Shown: positions 25,346 to 35,837, counted from the stretch's first letter. The stretch is 64,000 nt of DNA from Thermomicrobiales bacterium (GCA_050696075.1 JBOGUF010000045.1:13129-77128), one strand, 5' to 3'. The notes: generated by a model not told the origin, from the letters alone. Numbers and translations: made by a program.

Positions 25346-26745
25346 AGCGGCCTCCAGGCTCGTCGCTCGCGCAATTTAGGCGCATCGTGCTCGACAAACG
25401 CGAGGAAGCACCAAGTCAGGACCGCCAGGTCGGGCAAAAAGAAGCTGTTATCGACCAAGCCATGGGCAATGCCGGCCACCAGTGCGGCGATAGCGCCGGC
25501 CGCCGCGGCGCCCGAAAGGTCCTCGCGTAATCTTGCATGCTGCACAAGTTGTACCGAAACCAGGATGATCACGGCGAATGCGACAATTCCGGCCACTCCG
25601 AGCCGTAACCAAACGTCGAGCAAGAGATTGTGTGGGTGCGACGTATAGCGTTCTGGCCATCCGGCAGGATCGACGTATCGTCGGCCGTACTGATAGAGGA
25701 ACTGGTCCAAACCAACGCCGGTGATCGGGTGATCAGCGGCCATGCGCAGGCTGGATCGCCAAAGCAGTTCGCGCGACGACGTCGCACCTTCCGCGCCCGT
25801 TGCGAATAGGCGACCGCCGGCAATCGCGGCAAACGCGGCGATCGCGCCACCAAGCCCCAGGGCGTAGTAGACCCAACCGCGAGGCGGACGCTTGAACATC
25901 AACAACGTCGCGCCTCCTGCCGCGATGCCCAGGAGTGCGCCTCGGGAGAAGGTGAGCGCGAGTCCAACGATTAGCACAGCTGCAATCGGCAACGCCTTCC
26001 GCCGGGCTGTGGCCGACATCAAGGCGATGCCACCGAGGAGCATCACGATGCGCTCAAGGTAGAGTGCCAGGTTATTCGGATGCGGGTACGGTCCGCGTGC
26101 ACGATACGTCTCGTCACCGAGGACGCCGCCCGATTGCGAAACGACTTGTCCACCGCCCATGAGGGCGGCCACCGCCCCACCTGTTGCAAGCGCGGTTATC
26201 AAGAGCGGAAGACCGTTATTGCGAACGGCCCATCGTATCAACACAAGCGCCGCGATCGGTTCGAGAATAGTCTTGCGCAGTTCCAGCAAGCTCTCGTCGA
26301 GGTGACGGGGGTCGGCAACGTACAACAGCGACAGCACCGCGACCAACGCGAGCCCGGCCGCTGCTAGCGTAAGTGGCAGCGGCCGGAGCGTATCGGAAAT
26401 GAATCCGCGGAGGTCTCGGTGCAACAGGGCGCCGCTCGCACGGAGCGCAAGTCCGGCCGACCCAACCACGATAGCTAGTTCCAGCGGGCTGACATCGAAT
26501 GAACCGATTGGGATCGCATCGTAGACAAAGGGAATGGCGGAGAGGATCGCTGCCGTTGCCCCCACCGGAGAAATGGCCGCGAAAACGACGCCCCCCGCGA
26601 CTAGGGCGACCGCAAGGCTCGTAGGTAATCTGGTCGAGAGAAGCATGCCGCACACGACGAACCCGATCCATGCGGCGAGAGCCATCCGTTGCCCGGGCTC
26701 CAACCTGTTTCGATGCATCCTGATCAACTGAACTAGCAGATGCAT
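25318..26745 (-). CDS. O-antigen ligase / polymerase-like (Wzy_C) membrane protein, copy 2
   Basis: Polytopic protein with SHPHNLLLDVWLRLGVAGIVAFAVI. It overlaps copy 1 by 28 nt. Confidence 0.7.
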   Translation of the reverse strand: MHLLVQLIRMHRNRLEPGQRMALAAWIGFVVCGMLLSTRLPTSLAVALVAGGVVFAAISPVGATAAILSAIPFVYDAIPIGSFDVSPLELAIVVGSAGLALRASGALLHRDLRGFISDTLRPLPLTLAAAGLALVAVLSLLYVADPRHLDESLLELRKTILEPIAALVLIRWAVRNNGLPLLITALATGGAVAALMGGGQVVSQSGGVLGDETYRARGPYPHPNNLALYLERIVMLLGGIALMSATARRKALPIAAVLIVGLALTFSRGALLGIAAGGATLLMFKRPPRGWVYYALGLGGAIAAFAAIAGGRLFATGAEGATSSRELLWRSSLRMAADHPITGVGLDQFLYQYGRRYVDPAGWPERYTSHPHNLLLDVWLRLGVAGIVAFAVIILVSVQLVQHARLREDLSGAAAAGAIAALVAGIAHGLVDNSFFLPDLAVLTWCFLAFVEHDAPKLRERRAWRPLWLSRSALT

Positions 26746-26753
26746 AAGCGCCC

Positions 26754-28472
26754 TTATGCCCGACGCATTGGTCGCCAGTCAGGAAGGGTCGGCAGCGGCG
26801 GGCGCAGCTCGATTCCCTCGCGGCGCTGTAAATAGCCGGCGCGTATGGCGGTGACGTACGCCAGCTCGCGAAGCGCAAAGACAACGAGTAACGCGCCCGC
26901 GCATACCAGAACGACGACTGGCCACATAAAGGGCACTTTCCTGGTGACGATCAGTCCGCCAATGGTCAACTGACCGGGTTCGGCGAGTGTAATTGAAAGC
27001 TGATGGACGCCATCGTCGAGGCCTGTCGCAAGCACCACGGGGACGTCGGTCGCCTGCGTCCAAAAGAGATCGATCTCGGAGGCTGTCTTCGTTCCAGGCC
27101 AGCCTTCGAGCGGTTTCCCATCAATAGTGACGTGGACGAGACCGGCCTGTGGACTCTCGCGCAGGATGGCGATGACCCCGGTTCCGCGAAAGGAGAGTGT
27201 CGCCGTGGCCCCGACCTCCGCGGTAAACTGAAACGTGCGGCGATCCAAGTGTTGATCGGACCAGGTGCCTTCGTACGCCACCGGCCGGGAATCCATTGGC
27301 ACGTAACCGGTTCCCGCGACGCCGACCGCGCCGCTCGCTGCATACTCCTCGAGCGCAATCAGCGCCTCAGTAGCCCCTCCTTCTCGGGTCACGAGCGCGT
27401 ACCCTGGTTCACCTTCCGTCGGCAGGTAATCCCATGCAAAGAGTGGACCCATCCATGGCCATTCCGCCCGCGCCCGCCTGTGCCCCGCGACCATAAAGTC
27501 GGCCTGATCACCGGTGCTCAACTCCGTCGTTTCCCCGCCAGCGTTCCAGCCATAGCTCGTGGCCCAGACACTCTTGCCGTCATCGCCTGCTTCGAGCATG
27601 AGTTGTCTGAACAGTATCGCCCGCGAGAAGTTGTCATGGGTGCGATCGACGGTCCGATCGTAGGGGGTAGCCGTTCCGCCGTCCAAACGGATTGCCACAA
27701 CGTCAAAAAAGGCGCTAGCTCCTTCAAGGTTGTACAACGCGCGAAGAAATTGCAGGTCGGCGCCAAACGACTGATTGTCCGGCGCGGGATCGAGCTCTGC
27801 CAGCAGAACCTTCGCTTCAGGATTCGCGGTCCGGGCCGCGTTGGATCCCTCGGCGAGAAGTCCAATGTAGTCGCCTGCAAGTGCCGAAATTCCGCCCCAC
27901 CGTTCCGCCCTGTTGGGAAGGTCCCACAACTGGACGAACTCGACATTGGAACTGTATCGCGTGACTACTTCGCTCACGAATGTGGCATAGGTTGACGGGT
28001 CACGCGGCGGTGCATCGGGCTGACCGACAGCGTCAGGAGCCCGAGCCCAGTCGGGTGAAGTATGTAGGACGAGGACCGGTTTCAAGCCGTGATTTGTGAG
28101 AGCATCGACGATTGGGTCATACCGGTCCCAGATGAAGCGACCGCGCTCCAGCTCAACCGAGCGCCATTCTACGGCTTGACGGACGTAGAGAAAGCCCTGG
28201 CTCTGGAGTGTGGCAGCCACCGCCTCGAGTTGCTCACGCGGGAATACGGTCAGATCGACGTTGACTGCTAATTCGCGTCCGGTCGCTTGGACAACCGTCG
28301 GCACCTCGTCGCCGGTTTCAATTCCGCGATGAAAGTAGACGTCGGCCATCACGGCGCCAATGGCGATCGATAGACCAAGGAGCAATGCCACTGAACCGCG
28401 CCAGAGTCGTCGCGTGTCGTCCCGAGATGAGGTTGGATGCACGAAACGGGCCGCGAACGACGGACCTGACAT
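26754..28472 (-). CDS. membrane-anchored TIM-barrel glycoside-hydrolase-like protein
   Basis: The track ORF runs to 28712. I prefer ATG 28472 (MSGPSFAAR...), followed by the TM span LLLGLSIAIGAVMADVYF. FLYVRQAVEWRSVELERGRFIWDRYDPIVDALTNHGLKPVLVLHTSPDWAR resembles GH5/GH39/GH42-type barrels. The WNEPN-like position reads LWDLPN. A second TM span lies near the C-terminus. Confidence 0.45.
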   Translation of the reverse strand: MSGPSFAARFVHPTSSRDDTRRLWRGSVALLLGLSIAIGAVMADVYFHRGIETGDEVPTVVQATGRELAVNVDLTVFPREQLEAVAATLQSQGFLYVRQAVEWRSVELERGRFIWDRYDPIVDALTNHGLKPVLVLHTSPDWARAPDAVGQPDAPPRDPSTYATFVSEVVTRYSSNVEFVQLWDLPNRAERWGGISALAGDYIGLLAEGSNAARTANPEAKVLLAELDPAPDNQSFGADLQFLRALYNLEGASAFFDVVAIRLDGGTATPYDRTVDRTHDNFSRAILFRQLMLEAGDDGKSVWATSYGWNAGGETTELSTGDQADFMVAGHRRARAEWPWMGPLFAWDYLPTEGEPGYALVTREGGATEALIALEEYAASGAVGVAGTGYVPMDSRPVAYEGTWSDQHLDRRTFQFTAEVGATATLSFRGTGVIAILRESPQAGLVHVTIDGKPLEGWPGTKTASEIDLFWTQATDVPVVLATGLDDGVHQLSITLAEPGQLTIGGLIVTRKVPFMWPVVVLVCAGALLVVFALRELAYVTAIRAGYLQRREGIELRPPLPTLPDWRPMRRA

Positions 28473-28750
28473 CGACTTGGTGGATCGCCGATGCGTTGGC
28501 CGCGATCCGGTCCGGCGGCGCGCGTTAGGCGCGCGGTAGGGTGAGAGCCCTCGTTTCGGCGGCGGATCGAACTGCAATCGATCGGTGGCTCCCCGCGATG
28601 CGTCGACGCGTGAATCGAAGTCGTGGAGGCGTCCAGCGTTGGACGCCACAGCGAAGTATAGGTTGACCCGAGCGACGGCGTCATCAGGCTGTCGAGCGCG
28701 TTGGCGTATCATCTACGACGATCGGGCGAAACCGTGCGAGGTTTGCGTTC

Positions 28751-30766
28751 ATGTCTTCGAGTGCTTCAATCCAAACATTGGCGAGCCAACTAGCCTCTAG
28801 CCTGCATGATGCGTATCGGACGCAAGAGGGCCTTGGCCTCGGCACCCAACCACTGCGGCGCGCGTACGACGAATTCGGGCGCAACGCGGCGGCCGCGGGC
28901 GTGCCGTTGGAAGAAGCCATGGCCGGCGGCGTGGTGGCGCTCCAGGAACTGTTCGAACGGGTTGGCGGGCATACCGCCGACCCCACCACCATGATCGCGG
29001 CGGGCATCGCGCTGGCGGCGCTGGCACGCACCTATGGCGAGGCGCCGAGGTCCGATCAGGCTGTAGCAATCGGTGACGACCAAATGGCGACACAGCTTGC
29101 CCGCCTCAGCGCGCTTCATCGTATCAATCGCGCGGCAACCGCGAACCTCAAACTCTCCGAAATGCTGGAAACGGTCGTCCGCGTCGTCGCCGAAACCACG
29201 AACAGTGATGCCTGTGCCGTCCTGCTTTATGACTCCGCGACCGATTCCCTGGCCCTGCGCGCGGCAGTCGGGCTCAATGCCGCCTCAATTGGCGCGCTCA
29301 CGTTACGACCAGGCATGGGCATCACGGGGCAAGCCGCCGCCGAAGGGCGGCCGATCATCGCGCCGGATGCCCGCGGCCATGAGGCATGGAAGAGCGCGCC
29401 CTCATTCGGGGACGATGCCTACACAACTCAGGTCTCAGTGCCGATTCTGATCCGCGGCGCAAACCGCCTGGTCGGCGTGCTCAACATCCTCACTGTCGAG
29501 CGTCGCGCGTTCGATCGCGACGAGATCGCGTTTCTGGAGACAGTCGCCGGCGAGTTGGCGATCAGCATCGAGAACGCCCGGCTGTACAGTCGAACCGACG
29601 CGAGGCTGCGACGCAAGATCGCTGAGCTTGGCACCCTGCAACGCGTTTCTCGCACCGTTGCCTCGTCGCTCGATCTGCCGGACGTGTTGCGTTGGATCAC
29701 CGAAGCGGCTGTCGAGCTGATCAACGCCGAGGCTGCCGCCGTCTTTCGCCTATCGACCATGGATAGCAGTACTTCGTCGCCCGGAGAACCTGTCATCGTG
29801 TACCGAATCGGGGAAAGCCGGCAGATGACCGATGAGGTCCGTCGCAATCGCCTCGTCCGTGAAGTAATCGAAACTGGTTCGGCGCTGGCATCCGATATGG
29901 AATACGTCGACGGCACCTGGCGTATCTTCTGCATGCCCCTTCGTTCGGCGCGGACCTCGCTTGGTGCCCTGTGCATGCGCCTCAGGCCCGGCGCTGAGTT
30001 GACCGAGGACGAACTGGGGCTCCTGCAAGCGTTTACCGACTCCGCGTCGATTGCCATCGAAAACGCGCAACTCTATCAGGAAGCACGCCGCGGCCTCGAA
30101 ACGACCTCGGCGCTGCTCCAGGAAATGCACCACCGGGTGCGCAACAACCTCCAAACGGTCGCTGCACTCTTGTCGATCCAGATTCGCCAGGACGAATCGT
30201 CGCCCTCGGCGACCCTCCTGCGGGAGGCAGTCAGCCGCATTCAGGCGATCGCGGCCGTGCATGATCTGCTTAGCGACGAGGACCGGTTTGGTGGCACGAC
30301 CGTCGACACCATCGCCCGTCTCGTCGCCGAAGAGGCATACTCCACGTTGATCCCGCCAGGACTGAGCGTTTCGTTCGATATTCCACCTAGCGACATCTCC
30401 GTCCCGTCGAAACAGGCGACGATCGTCGCGCTCTTGACCAACGAGCTCGTATCGAATGCTGTCAGTCATGGGTTTCGTAACCGCTCGCACGGTCGCATCA
30501 CCATCCGCACGACCCGGCTTGCTGGGCATGCCACGCTCGAGGTCGAGAACGATGGCTGTCAGGTTCCCAAAGGGTTCGACCCCAGTAGAAGCAGCGGCCT
30601 TGGCATGCGGATCGTGGAGCGACTTGTGACGTCCGACTTACACGGACGCTTCGCCATCAGGTCCTCGGACGAAGGGACCGTGGCCACGATTACCTTTCCG
30701 CTAGCCGGGATCGACCTTCAGTCCGATTTCCAGGCGACGTCCAATGACGCTGATTCGCCGCCGTAG
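28751..30766 (+). CDS. sensor histidine kinase with tandem GAF domains (HisKA_2 type)
   Basis: Two GAF-like blocks (...DSLALRAAVGLN...GITGQAAAEGRPIIAPD... and a second block). H-box LQEMHHRVRNNLQTVAALLSIQ. N-box LVSNAVSHGF. G-box SSGLGMRIVERLV. Confidence 0.8.
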   Translation: MSSSASIQTLASQLASSLHDAYRTQEGLGLGTQPLRRAYDEFGRNAAAAGVPLEEAMAGGVVALQELFERVGGHTADPTTMIAAGIALAALARTYGEAPRSDQAVAIGDDQMATQLARLSALHRINRAATANLKLSEMLETVVRVVAETTNSDACAVLLYDSATDSLALRAAVGLNAASIGALTLRPGMGITGQAAAEGRPIIAPDARGHEAWKSAPSFGDDAYTTQVSVPILIRGANRLVGVLNILTVERRAFDRDEIAFLETVAGELAISIENARLYSRTDARLRRKIAELGTLQRVSRTVASSLDLPDVLRWITEAAVELINAEAAAVFRLSTMDSSTSSPGEPVIVYRIGESRQMTDEVRRNRLVREVIETGSALASDMEYVDGTWRIFCMPLRSARTSLGALCMRLRPGAELTEDELGLLQAFTDSASIAIENAQLYQEARRGLETTSALLQEMHHRVRNNLQTVAALLSIQIRQDESSPSATLLREAVSRIQAIAAVHDLLSDEDRFGGTTVDTIARLVAEEAYSTLIPPGLSVSFDIPPSDISVPSKQATIVALLTNELVSNAVSHGFRNRSHGRITIRTTRLAGHATLEVENDGCQVPKGFDPSRSSGLGMRIVERLVTSDLHGRFAIRSSDEGTVATITFPLAGIDLQSDFQATSNDADSPP

Positions 30767-32064
30767 GCTTCGTCGAGCAATTCGACGATGTGGCGAACAC
30801 GCATTTCCGAGCCGTTGCGCGACAAAGAGGTCCGCAACTGCATCGCACAGCCGGGATTGGCGGTGACGACTTCCGCCGCGCCGGTCGAAATGGCATGTCG
30901 GGCCTTACGGTCACCGAGTTCGTTCGCCATTTCTCGTCGGATCAGGTTGTAGATTCCCGCGCTGCCGCAACACAGCGACGATTCGGACATCTCGATCATC
31001 TCTAGACCTGGAATCGCCTTGAGCAACGAGCGCGGCTGCGCCGTGATGAGTTGCGCGTGCGCGAGATGACACGGTTCCTGGTACGTAACTGTCCGTCGCA
31101 CCGCGCGTGTCGGCGGGTTCAACGTGACCGCACCCAGGTACTCGGTGACGTCGCGCACGCGCTGGCTAAACCGCGTCGCTCGCTCCGCGTACTTCGGGTC
31201 GTCCTTCAGCAGGTATCCATACTCTTTGAGCGCCGCGCCGCAGCCGGCAGCGGTGACGATAATTGCGTCGTCGCCACTTCGTTCGAACGCCTCAATGTTC
31301 TGCCGGGCGAGGATTCGGGCACCATCGAACATCCCGCTGTGGACGTGAAGCGCGCCGCAGCACTGCTGGCCGCGTGGCACGTCGACGTCGGCTCCGTTAT
31401 GTGCCAGGACCCTTCCCGCCGCGCGATTCGTTTCGGCAAAGACTGTGCCCATCATGCACCCGTTGAAAAGGCGCACCGAATCAGACGGCTTTCTGGGCCG
31501 CCAGCGCTCGGTTCCGGGAACGATGAATCGCTTCGAGACGGGCGGCATCATCGATTCCAGGTCGGCCATGGCCATCACCTTGAGCGCGCCGGATCGGCGG
31601 ACGAGGCCCGCGAGTCCTGATCGCTGGTAAATCCTGAGGGACCCGACCAGCGCCCGCATCCGCATCGTGTCGCCAAAGAGCCAACCGAGCGCAACGCTGC
31701 GCACCACACGCTGCCACATCGGTCGTGGACGGTGCTGTTCCAACTGCGCTCGCGCGGCCTCGACAAGTGGTCCGTAGTGGACACCCGAGGGGCAAACGGC
31801 CTCGCAGGCGCGGCAGTTCAAGCACTGGTACATCTGCTCGTCGAAGGCCGGATCGAGCAATTCGAGTCGATCTTCGGCAACCGCATTCATCATCCACAGG
31901 CGACCACGTGGCGACGACATCTCTTGACCAGTGATGCGATAGGTCGGGCAGGACGACAGGCACATGCCGCAATGCACGCAGGCGCGTAGAAGCTCAAGTT
32001 CGGGTATGTCCTGGCCTGCGTATCCGCCCAAACGGGCGATGTTCGCATCCGCTGCAACCGCCAT
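30718..32064 (-). CDS. glcF: glycolate oxidase iron-sulfur subunit
   Basis: Two 4Fe-4S motifs, CVHCGMCLSSCPTY and CLNCRACEAVCPSGV, plus CCG-domain-type C-terminal repeats (QCCGA..., LCCGSAGIYN). It sits downstream of glcD and glcE. Confidence 0.8.
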   Translation of the reverse strand: MAVAADANIARLGGYAGQDIPELELLRACVHCGMCLSSCPTYRITGQEMSSPRGRLWMMNAVAEDRLELLDPAFDEQMYQCLNCRACEAVCPSGVHYGPLVEAARAQLEQHRPRPMWQRVVRSVALGWLFGDTMRMRALVGSLRIYQRSGLAGLVRRSGALKVMAMADLESMMPPVSKRFIVPGTERWRPRKPSDSVRLFNGCMMGTVFAETNRAAGRVLAHNGADVDVPRGQQCCGALHVHSGMFDGARILARQNIEAFERSGDDAIIVTAAGCGAALKEYGYLLKDDPKYAERATRFSQRVRDVTEYLGAVTLNPPTRAVRRTVTYQEPCHLAHAQLITAQPRSLLKAIPGLEMIEMSESSLCCGSAGIYNLIRREMANELGDRKARHAISTGAAEVVTANPGCAMQLRTSLSRNGSEMRVRHIVELLDEAYGGESASLDVAWKSD

Positions 32065-32083
32065 CGTGCCCTGCCAACCTCAC

Positions 32084-33349
32084 CTAGATGCGACCGGCGA
32101 ACCGGCCGGGATTCAAGACGGACTCAGGATCGAACTCATTCTTGAGGGCACGCATGACGTCAATGGTCTCCGGCGTGCTCCCCCAGATGTCGATCGGACG
32201 CTTCCATTGGAATGGTGCTGCCAAGACGACGACATGTTCGACCGCTGACGCCAGCGAAGAATGCAAGCGCGCGAAGGTTTCGACCGCGTCGTCTTCCGCT
32301 CCCGGTCTGACCCGTAGCGTAATGTGACCGATCGCCGGAGAGACCGCAAAGACTGGGACGTCGACGTCAACTGCCTTGAGTAGAGAATGCAACCCCTGAG
32401 CGGCTTCGGCGGCAAGACGCGGCCTGACACTGGCCCGAATCAGCGCGTCGGTGCCGTCCGTTTCTATCGCTTGCCTGTCCGTATACCGATGCCACCACTC
32501 GGCGCTCTCGACGTCGGTCAAGGTCTCGGCGTCACCTTGCAACAGCTCGGCGGATTCGGTTCCAAGCAGCCGCACCGTCGATTCGCGGCCTTCAATCCGC
32601 ACCGCGGTACGCCAAGCGCCAGCTTCCTCGAACACTTCCAATGACGTAGGACGAACTCTGCTGAGGTGAACGTGGCTCGCACCTGCAAGCGCTTCGTCAA
32701 GTCGCGGAAAGAGCGAGATTACCGTCGCTTCCGCGCGTGCCAGCGGCAAGACCTTGAAGTTTGCAGAAACCAACGTGCCCAGCGTACCCAGCGACCCAAG
32801 GTAAAGGCGCATCAGGTCGAATCCCGAGACATTCTTGACGACCATGCCGCCGGCCTTGGTCACGTCGCCGGTCGGGTGGGCCGTCGAGATGCCGATCAGC
32901 AAGTCGCGGAATGTTGGCGATCCGGTGCGACGCGGCCCAAACATTCCCGTTGCGATCATGCCGCCAATCGTCGCCGCGTCGGACCGGGGCACGTTGACTG
33001 GCAATGTCTGTCCCTTCTCCGCTAAGAGTGCCTGTACGTCGGCGAACGGCGTACCGGCCATGACGGATAGGGTCAGATCGGTCGGTTCGTAGGCAAGAAC
33101 GCCAGAGAGCCGCCGCGTTGAGAGCGCGACGTCGATGCGCTCCGGCACGTTGCCGAGCGCAAGAGACGTCGCTCCACCAACAGGAGCAACCTTGAGTCCG
33201 CCCTCACGAGCTTCGGCGAGGAACCGCGCGGCCTCCTCGGGCGTGGCCGGTTCGATGACCGAGGTGGGGACCACACCGTCGATTGAGAATTCCTCTCGTG
33301 CGCCGTCCGCCGTACGCCGGCGAACGTCGCTACAGGGGATAGATGCCAT
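32084..33349 (-). CDS. glcE: glycolate oxidase FAD-binding subunit
   Basis: FAD_binding_4-type region VIEPATPEEAARFLAEAREGGLKVAPVGGATSLALGN. Its position between glcD and glcF supports the call. The start is uncertain: the track ORF runs to 33448, and I chose ATG 33349. Confidence 0.7.
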   Translation of the reverse strand: MASIPCSDVRRRTADGAREEFSIDGVVPTSVIEPATPEEAARFLAEAREGGLKVAPVGGATSLALGNVPERIDVALSTRRLSGVLAYEPTDLTLSVMAGTPFADVQALLAEKGQTLPVNVPRSDAATIGGMIATGMFGPRRTGSPTFRDLLIGISTAHPTGDVTKAGGMVVKNVSGFDLMRLYLGSLGTLGTLVSANFKVLPLARAEATVISLFPRLDEALAGASHVHLSRVRPTSLEVFEEAGAWRTAVRIEGRESTVRLLGTESAELLQGDAETLTDVESAEWWHRYTDRQAIETDGTDALIRASVRPRLAAEAAQGLHSLLKAVDVDVPVFAVSPAIGHITLRVRPGAEDDAVETFARLHSSLASAVEHVVVLAAPFQWKRPIDIWGSTPETIDVMRALKNEFDPESVLNPGRFAGRI

Positions 33350-34790
33350 GCTTCTGTGCCATCGCCTGATTGCGCAGAGCGCGAACTTCGCCGCAGACGT
33401 AGCCCTTGGGGAAGACCTTATCAGGATTGAACAGACCCGTCGGATCAAAGGCGTTGCGGACGCCAGCCATCGCCGCCAAGTCTTCGCCGGTGAAGACTAG
33501 CGTCATATAGCCGCGCTTTTCGGTTCCTATGCCGTGTTCGCCGGTGAGCGCACCACCAACCTCAACGCAAGTGGTGATGATCTCCTTACTTGCTTCGAGC
33601 ACCTTCTCGACGTCGCCCGGTCGGTGGCGGTCGAACAACATCAATGGGTGCAGGTTACCGTCGCCCGCGTGAAAGACGTTGGCAATCGGCAAATTGTAGT
33701 CAGCCGAGATCGCTTCGACCCTCCTCAGTGTCCACGGTAGCTTCGTCCGTGGCACGACCGTGTCGTGCAGGTAGTAGTTCGGCGCTAGCCGGCCCATGGC
33801 CGCAATTGCCATCTTGCGCCCCTTCCAGAGCAGTTCGCGCTCCGGCTTGGATGATGCGGTCCGGACCTCGGTTGCGCCGGACGACTGGCAGATTCCCACG
33901 ATCTCGTCCGCGGTTGCCTCCACGTCCTCCGCGATGCCGTCGATCTCGATCAAGAGCACCGCGCCGGCCTCCATCGGGTATCCGGCATGAAACGCGGGCT
34001 CCACCGCCTGAATCGTGAGGTTGTCCATCATCTCCATGGCGGCCGGAATGATGCCCGCGCCGATCGTCTCGGAAACAGCCGTCGAGGCGGTTTCGACGTC
34101 CGGGAATGCCGCCAACATGACCGCGGTCGCCTCGGGCGCCGGCGTTAGTTTGACCAATGCCTTGGTAACGATACCGAACATCCCCTCGGAGCCAACCAGC
34201 GCCGCCGTCAGGTCGTATCCGGGGGAACCCGCGGCGCGGCCTCCCACCCACACGATCCGACCGTCGCTCAGCACCACTTCGAGGCCGAGAACGTGGTTGG
34301 TTGTTACCCCGTATTTGAGGCAGTGCGGACCGCCAGAGTTTTCCGCGACATTGCCCCCAATCGTGCAGGCCCGCTGGCTGGACGGATCCGGTGCAAAAAA
34401 GAACCCGCCAGGAATTGTCGCTTCGGAGAGCTCGAGATTGATGACACCCGGCTCGACCAATGCCGTCCTATCGATAGGATCGATCTCGAGAATACGATCC
34501 ATCCTGGTCAGTGCGACGATGATGCCGCCGCTTTGGGCGACCGCGCCGCCTGATAACCCAGTGCCGGCTCCTCGCGGCACCACGGGCAACCCCGCGGCTC
34601 TCGCCACTCGCACGATCGCCGCGACTTGTTCCGCGGTCCGCGGTAGCGCCACCGCGACCGGCGCCGCGGTTTCGACCGCCGCGTCGACGGAGCCGTCGTA
34701 CTCATAGACCAAAAGGTCTGGCGCACGGTGGAACACCCCGTCGGCGCCGACAATCTGTTGCAATCGCTCGATCAGATTCGTTCGGTTCAT
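33330..34790 (-). CDS. glcD: glycolate oxidase subunit GlcD (FAD-linked oxidase)
   Basis: 486 aa. VALPRTAEQVAAIVRVARAAGLPVVPRGAGTGLSGGAV, and the C-terminal GGALTGEHGIGTEKRGYM typical of FAD-linked oxidases. Confidence 0.85.
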   Translation of the reverse strand: MNRTNLIERLQQIVGADGVFHRAPDLLVYEYDGSVDAAVETAAPVAVALPRTAEQVAAIVRVARAAGLPVVPRGAGTGLSGGAVAQSGGIIVALTRMDRILEIDPIDRTALVEPGVINLELSEATIPGGFFFAPDPSSQRACTIGGNVAENSGGPHCLKYGVTTNHVLGLEVVLSDGRIVWVGGRAAGSPGYDLTAALVGSEGMFGIVTKALVKLTPAPEATAVMLAAFPDVETASTAVSETIGAGIIPAAMEMMDNLTIQAVEPAFHAGYPMEAGAVLLIEIDGIAEDVEATADEIVGICQSSGATEVRTASSKPERELLWKGRKMAIAAMGRLAPNYYLHDTVVPRTKLPWTLRRVEAISADYNLPIANVFHAGDGNLHPLMLFDRHRPGDVEKVLEASKEIITTCVEVGGALTGEHGIGTEKRGYMTLVFTGEDLAAMAGVRNAFDPTGLFNPDKVFPKGYVCGEVRALRNQAMAQKHGIYPL

Positions 34791-34964
34791 TGCTCGCTCG
34801 ATTCAACGACCACGAAAAAACGTCTTGCCAGCCTCAGTATCCCGTCCCTGAGCGGGCTCCGCAACCGATCGCCTTGTCGCGCCGTGCGATACTTGTTCAC
34901 GCCTCGCCCCGCGACGGCCGTCCACCCACCAAGGGATCGGATGCATCGAGGAGCACTTCATTCG

Positions 34965-35465
34965 ATGGCAGAGACATCAAGCACGCCAACCTACTGGATC
35001 ATCGTCGGGTCGATCGACAACTTTCGGCAGTCACAATCGCTCGACTTCACCGTGCAGGGCATGAAATCTCGTCATCGCAAGAAGGCGGAGCGCATGTCGC
35101 CGGGTGACAAGATCGTCTATTACGTCACCGGCATCAAGGCATTCGGCGCAATTGCCACGATCACGTCGCCGTACTACGAAAGCCACGAGCGCATCTGGCA
35201 AAGCGGCAACCCGAAGAAGGAAGCGGAAGACTACCCGTTCCGCGTAGAAGTCGAGCCGGACCTCCTCCTCGACGAAGCGGACTTCTTGCCGGCCGAAAGC
35301 GTCGCCCGCCGCATGCATTATGTCAGCAAATGGCCGGCTGCAAATTGGACGCTCGCCTTCCAGGGCAACGTCCATGAGATCGGAGCGGACGACTTTCAAC
35401 TGATCCGCGACGAGATGGAGACGCGGATACCCGCGGCCGCCGGTGGAACCCGATCAGCCCACTGA
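34965..35465 (+). CDS. EVE (PUA-like) domain protein
   Basis: I prefer ATG 34965 (MAETSSTPTYWIIVGS...). YWIIVGSIDNF...MSPGDKIVYYVTGIKAFGAIATITSPYYES...YPFRVEVEP matches the EVE/DUF55 pattern. Confidence 0.6.
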   Translation: MAETSSTPTYWIIVGSIDNFRQSQSLDFTVQGMKSRHRKKAERMSPGDKIVYYVTGIKAFGAIATITSPYYESHERIWQSGNPKKEAEDYPFRVEVEPDLLLDEADFLPAESVARRMHYVSKWPAANWTLAFQGNVHEIGADDFQLIRDEMETRIPAAAGGTRSAH

Positions 35466-35805
35466 CAATCGCCCGCCGCACTACTTTCGGGTGCATCTCT
35501 GCTTTGGTCCAAACTGCACCCCTCGCGGCAGCCGTGGGTTGCTCCCGGTCTTGCAAGCGGCGCTCGCGAACGCGGGGGTAGCGGACCGCGTCGAAGTCAT
35601 CGCCACGACGTGTCGCAATCGATGCGACTACGGTCCCTCGATGAATGTGTATCCAGGGCCGGTATTCTACAATCACTTGACGGCGGAAGCGATCGAGGAG
35701 ATCGTACGCGAGCATCTGGTGCGCGGGACTCCGGTCGAACGGTGGGTCTACCAGCCACCGGCCGTATCCGCAATCCAGGCCGCGCTCGACCGCATTACGT
35801 TCTGA
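35443..35805 (+). CDS. thioredoxin-like [2Fe-2S] ferredoxin
   Basis: VHLCFGPNCTPRGS...VIATTCRNRCDYGPSMNVYPGPVFYNHLTAEAIEEIV shows the Cys spacing and GP...Y motif of the NuoE/2Fe-2S thioredoxin-like family. Confidence 0.6.
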   Translation: MEPDQPTDNRPPHYFRVHLCFGPNCTPRGSRGLLPVLQAALANAGVADRVEVIATTCRNRCDYGPSMNVYPGPVFYNHLTAEAIEEIVREHLVRGTPVERWVYQPPAVSAIQAALDRITF

Positions 35806-35837
35806 TTCCGCGTACTCAGTGAAAGGCAAAGCCGACC

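Noticed and set aside
30718-30766. 49-nt convergent overlap between the histidine kinase and glcF 3' ends.
   Set aside because: This is most likely a trivial consequence of late stop codons in high-GC DNA. No structure or motif was seen in the overlap.
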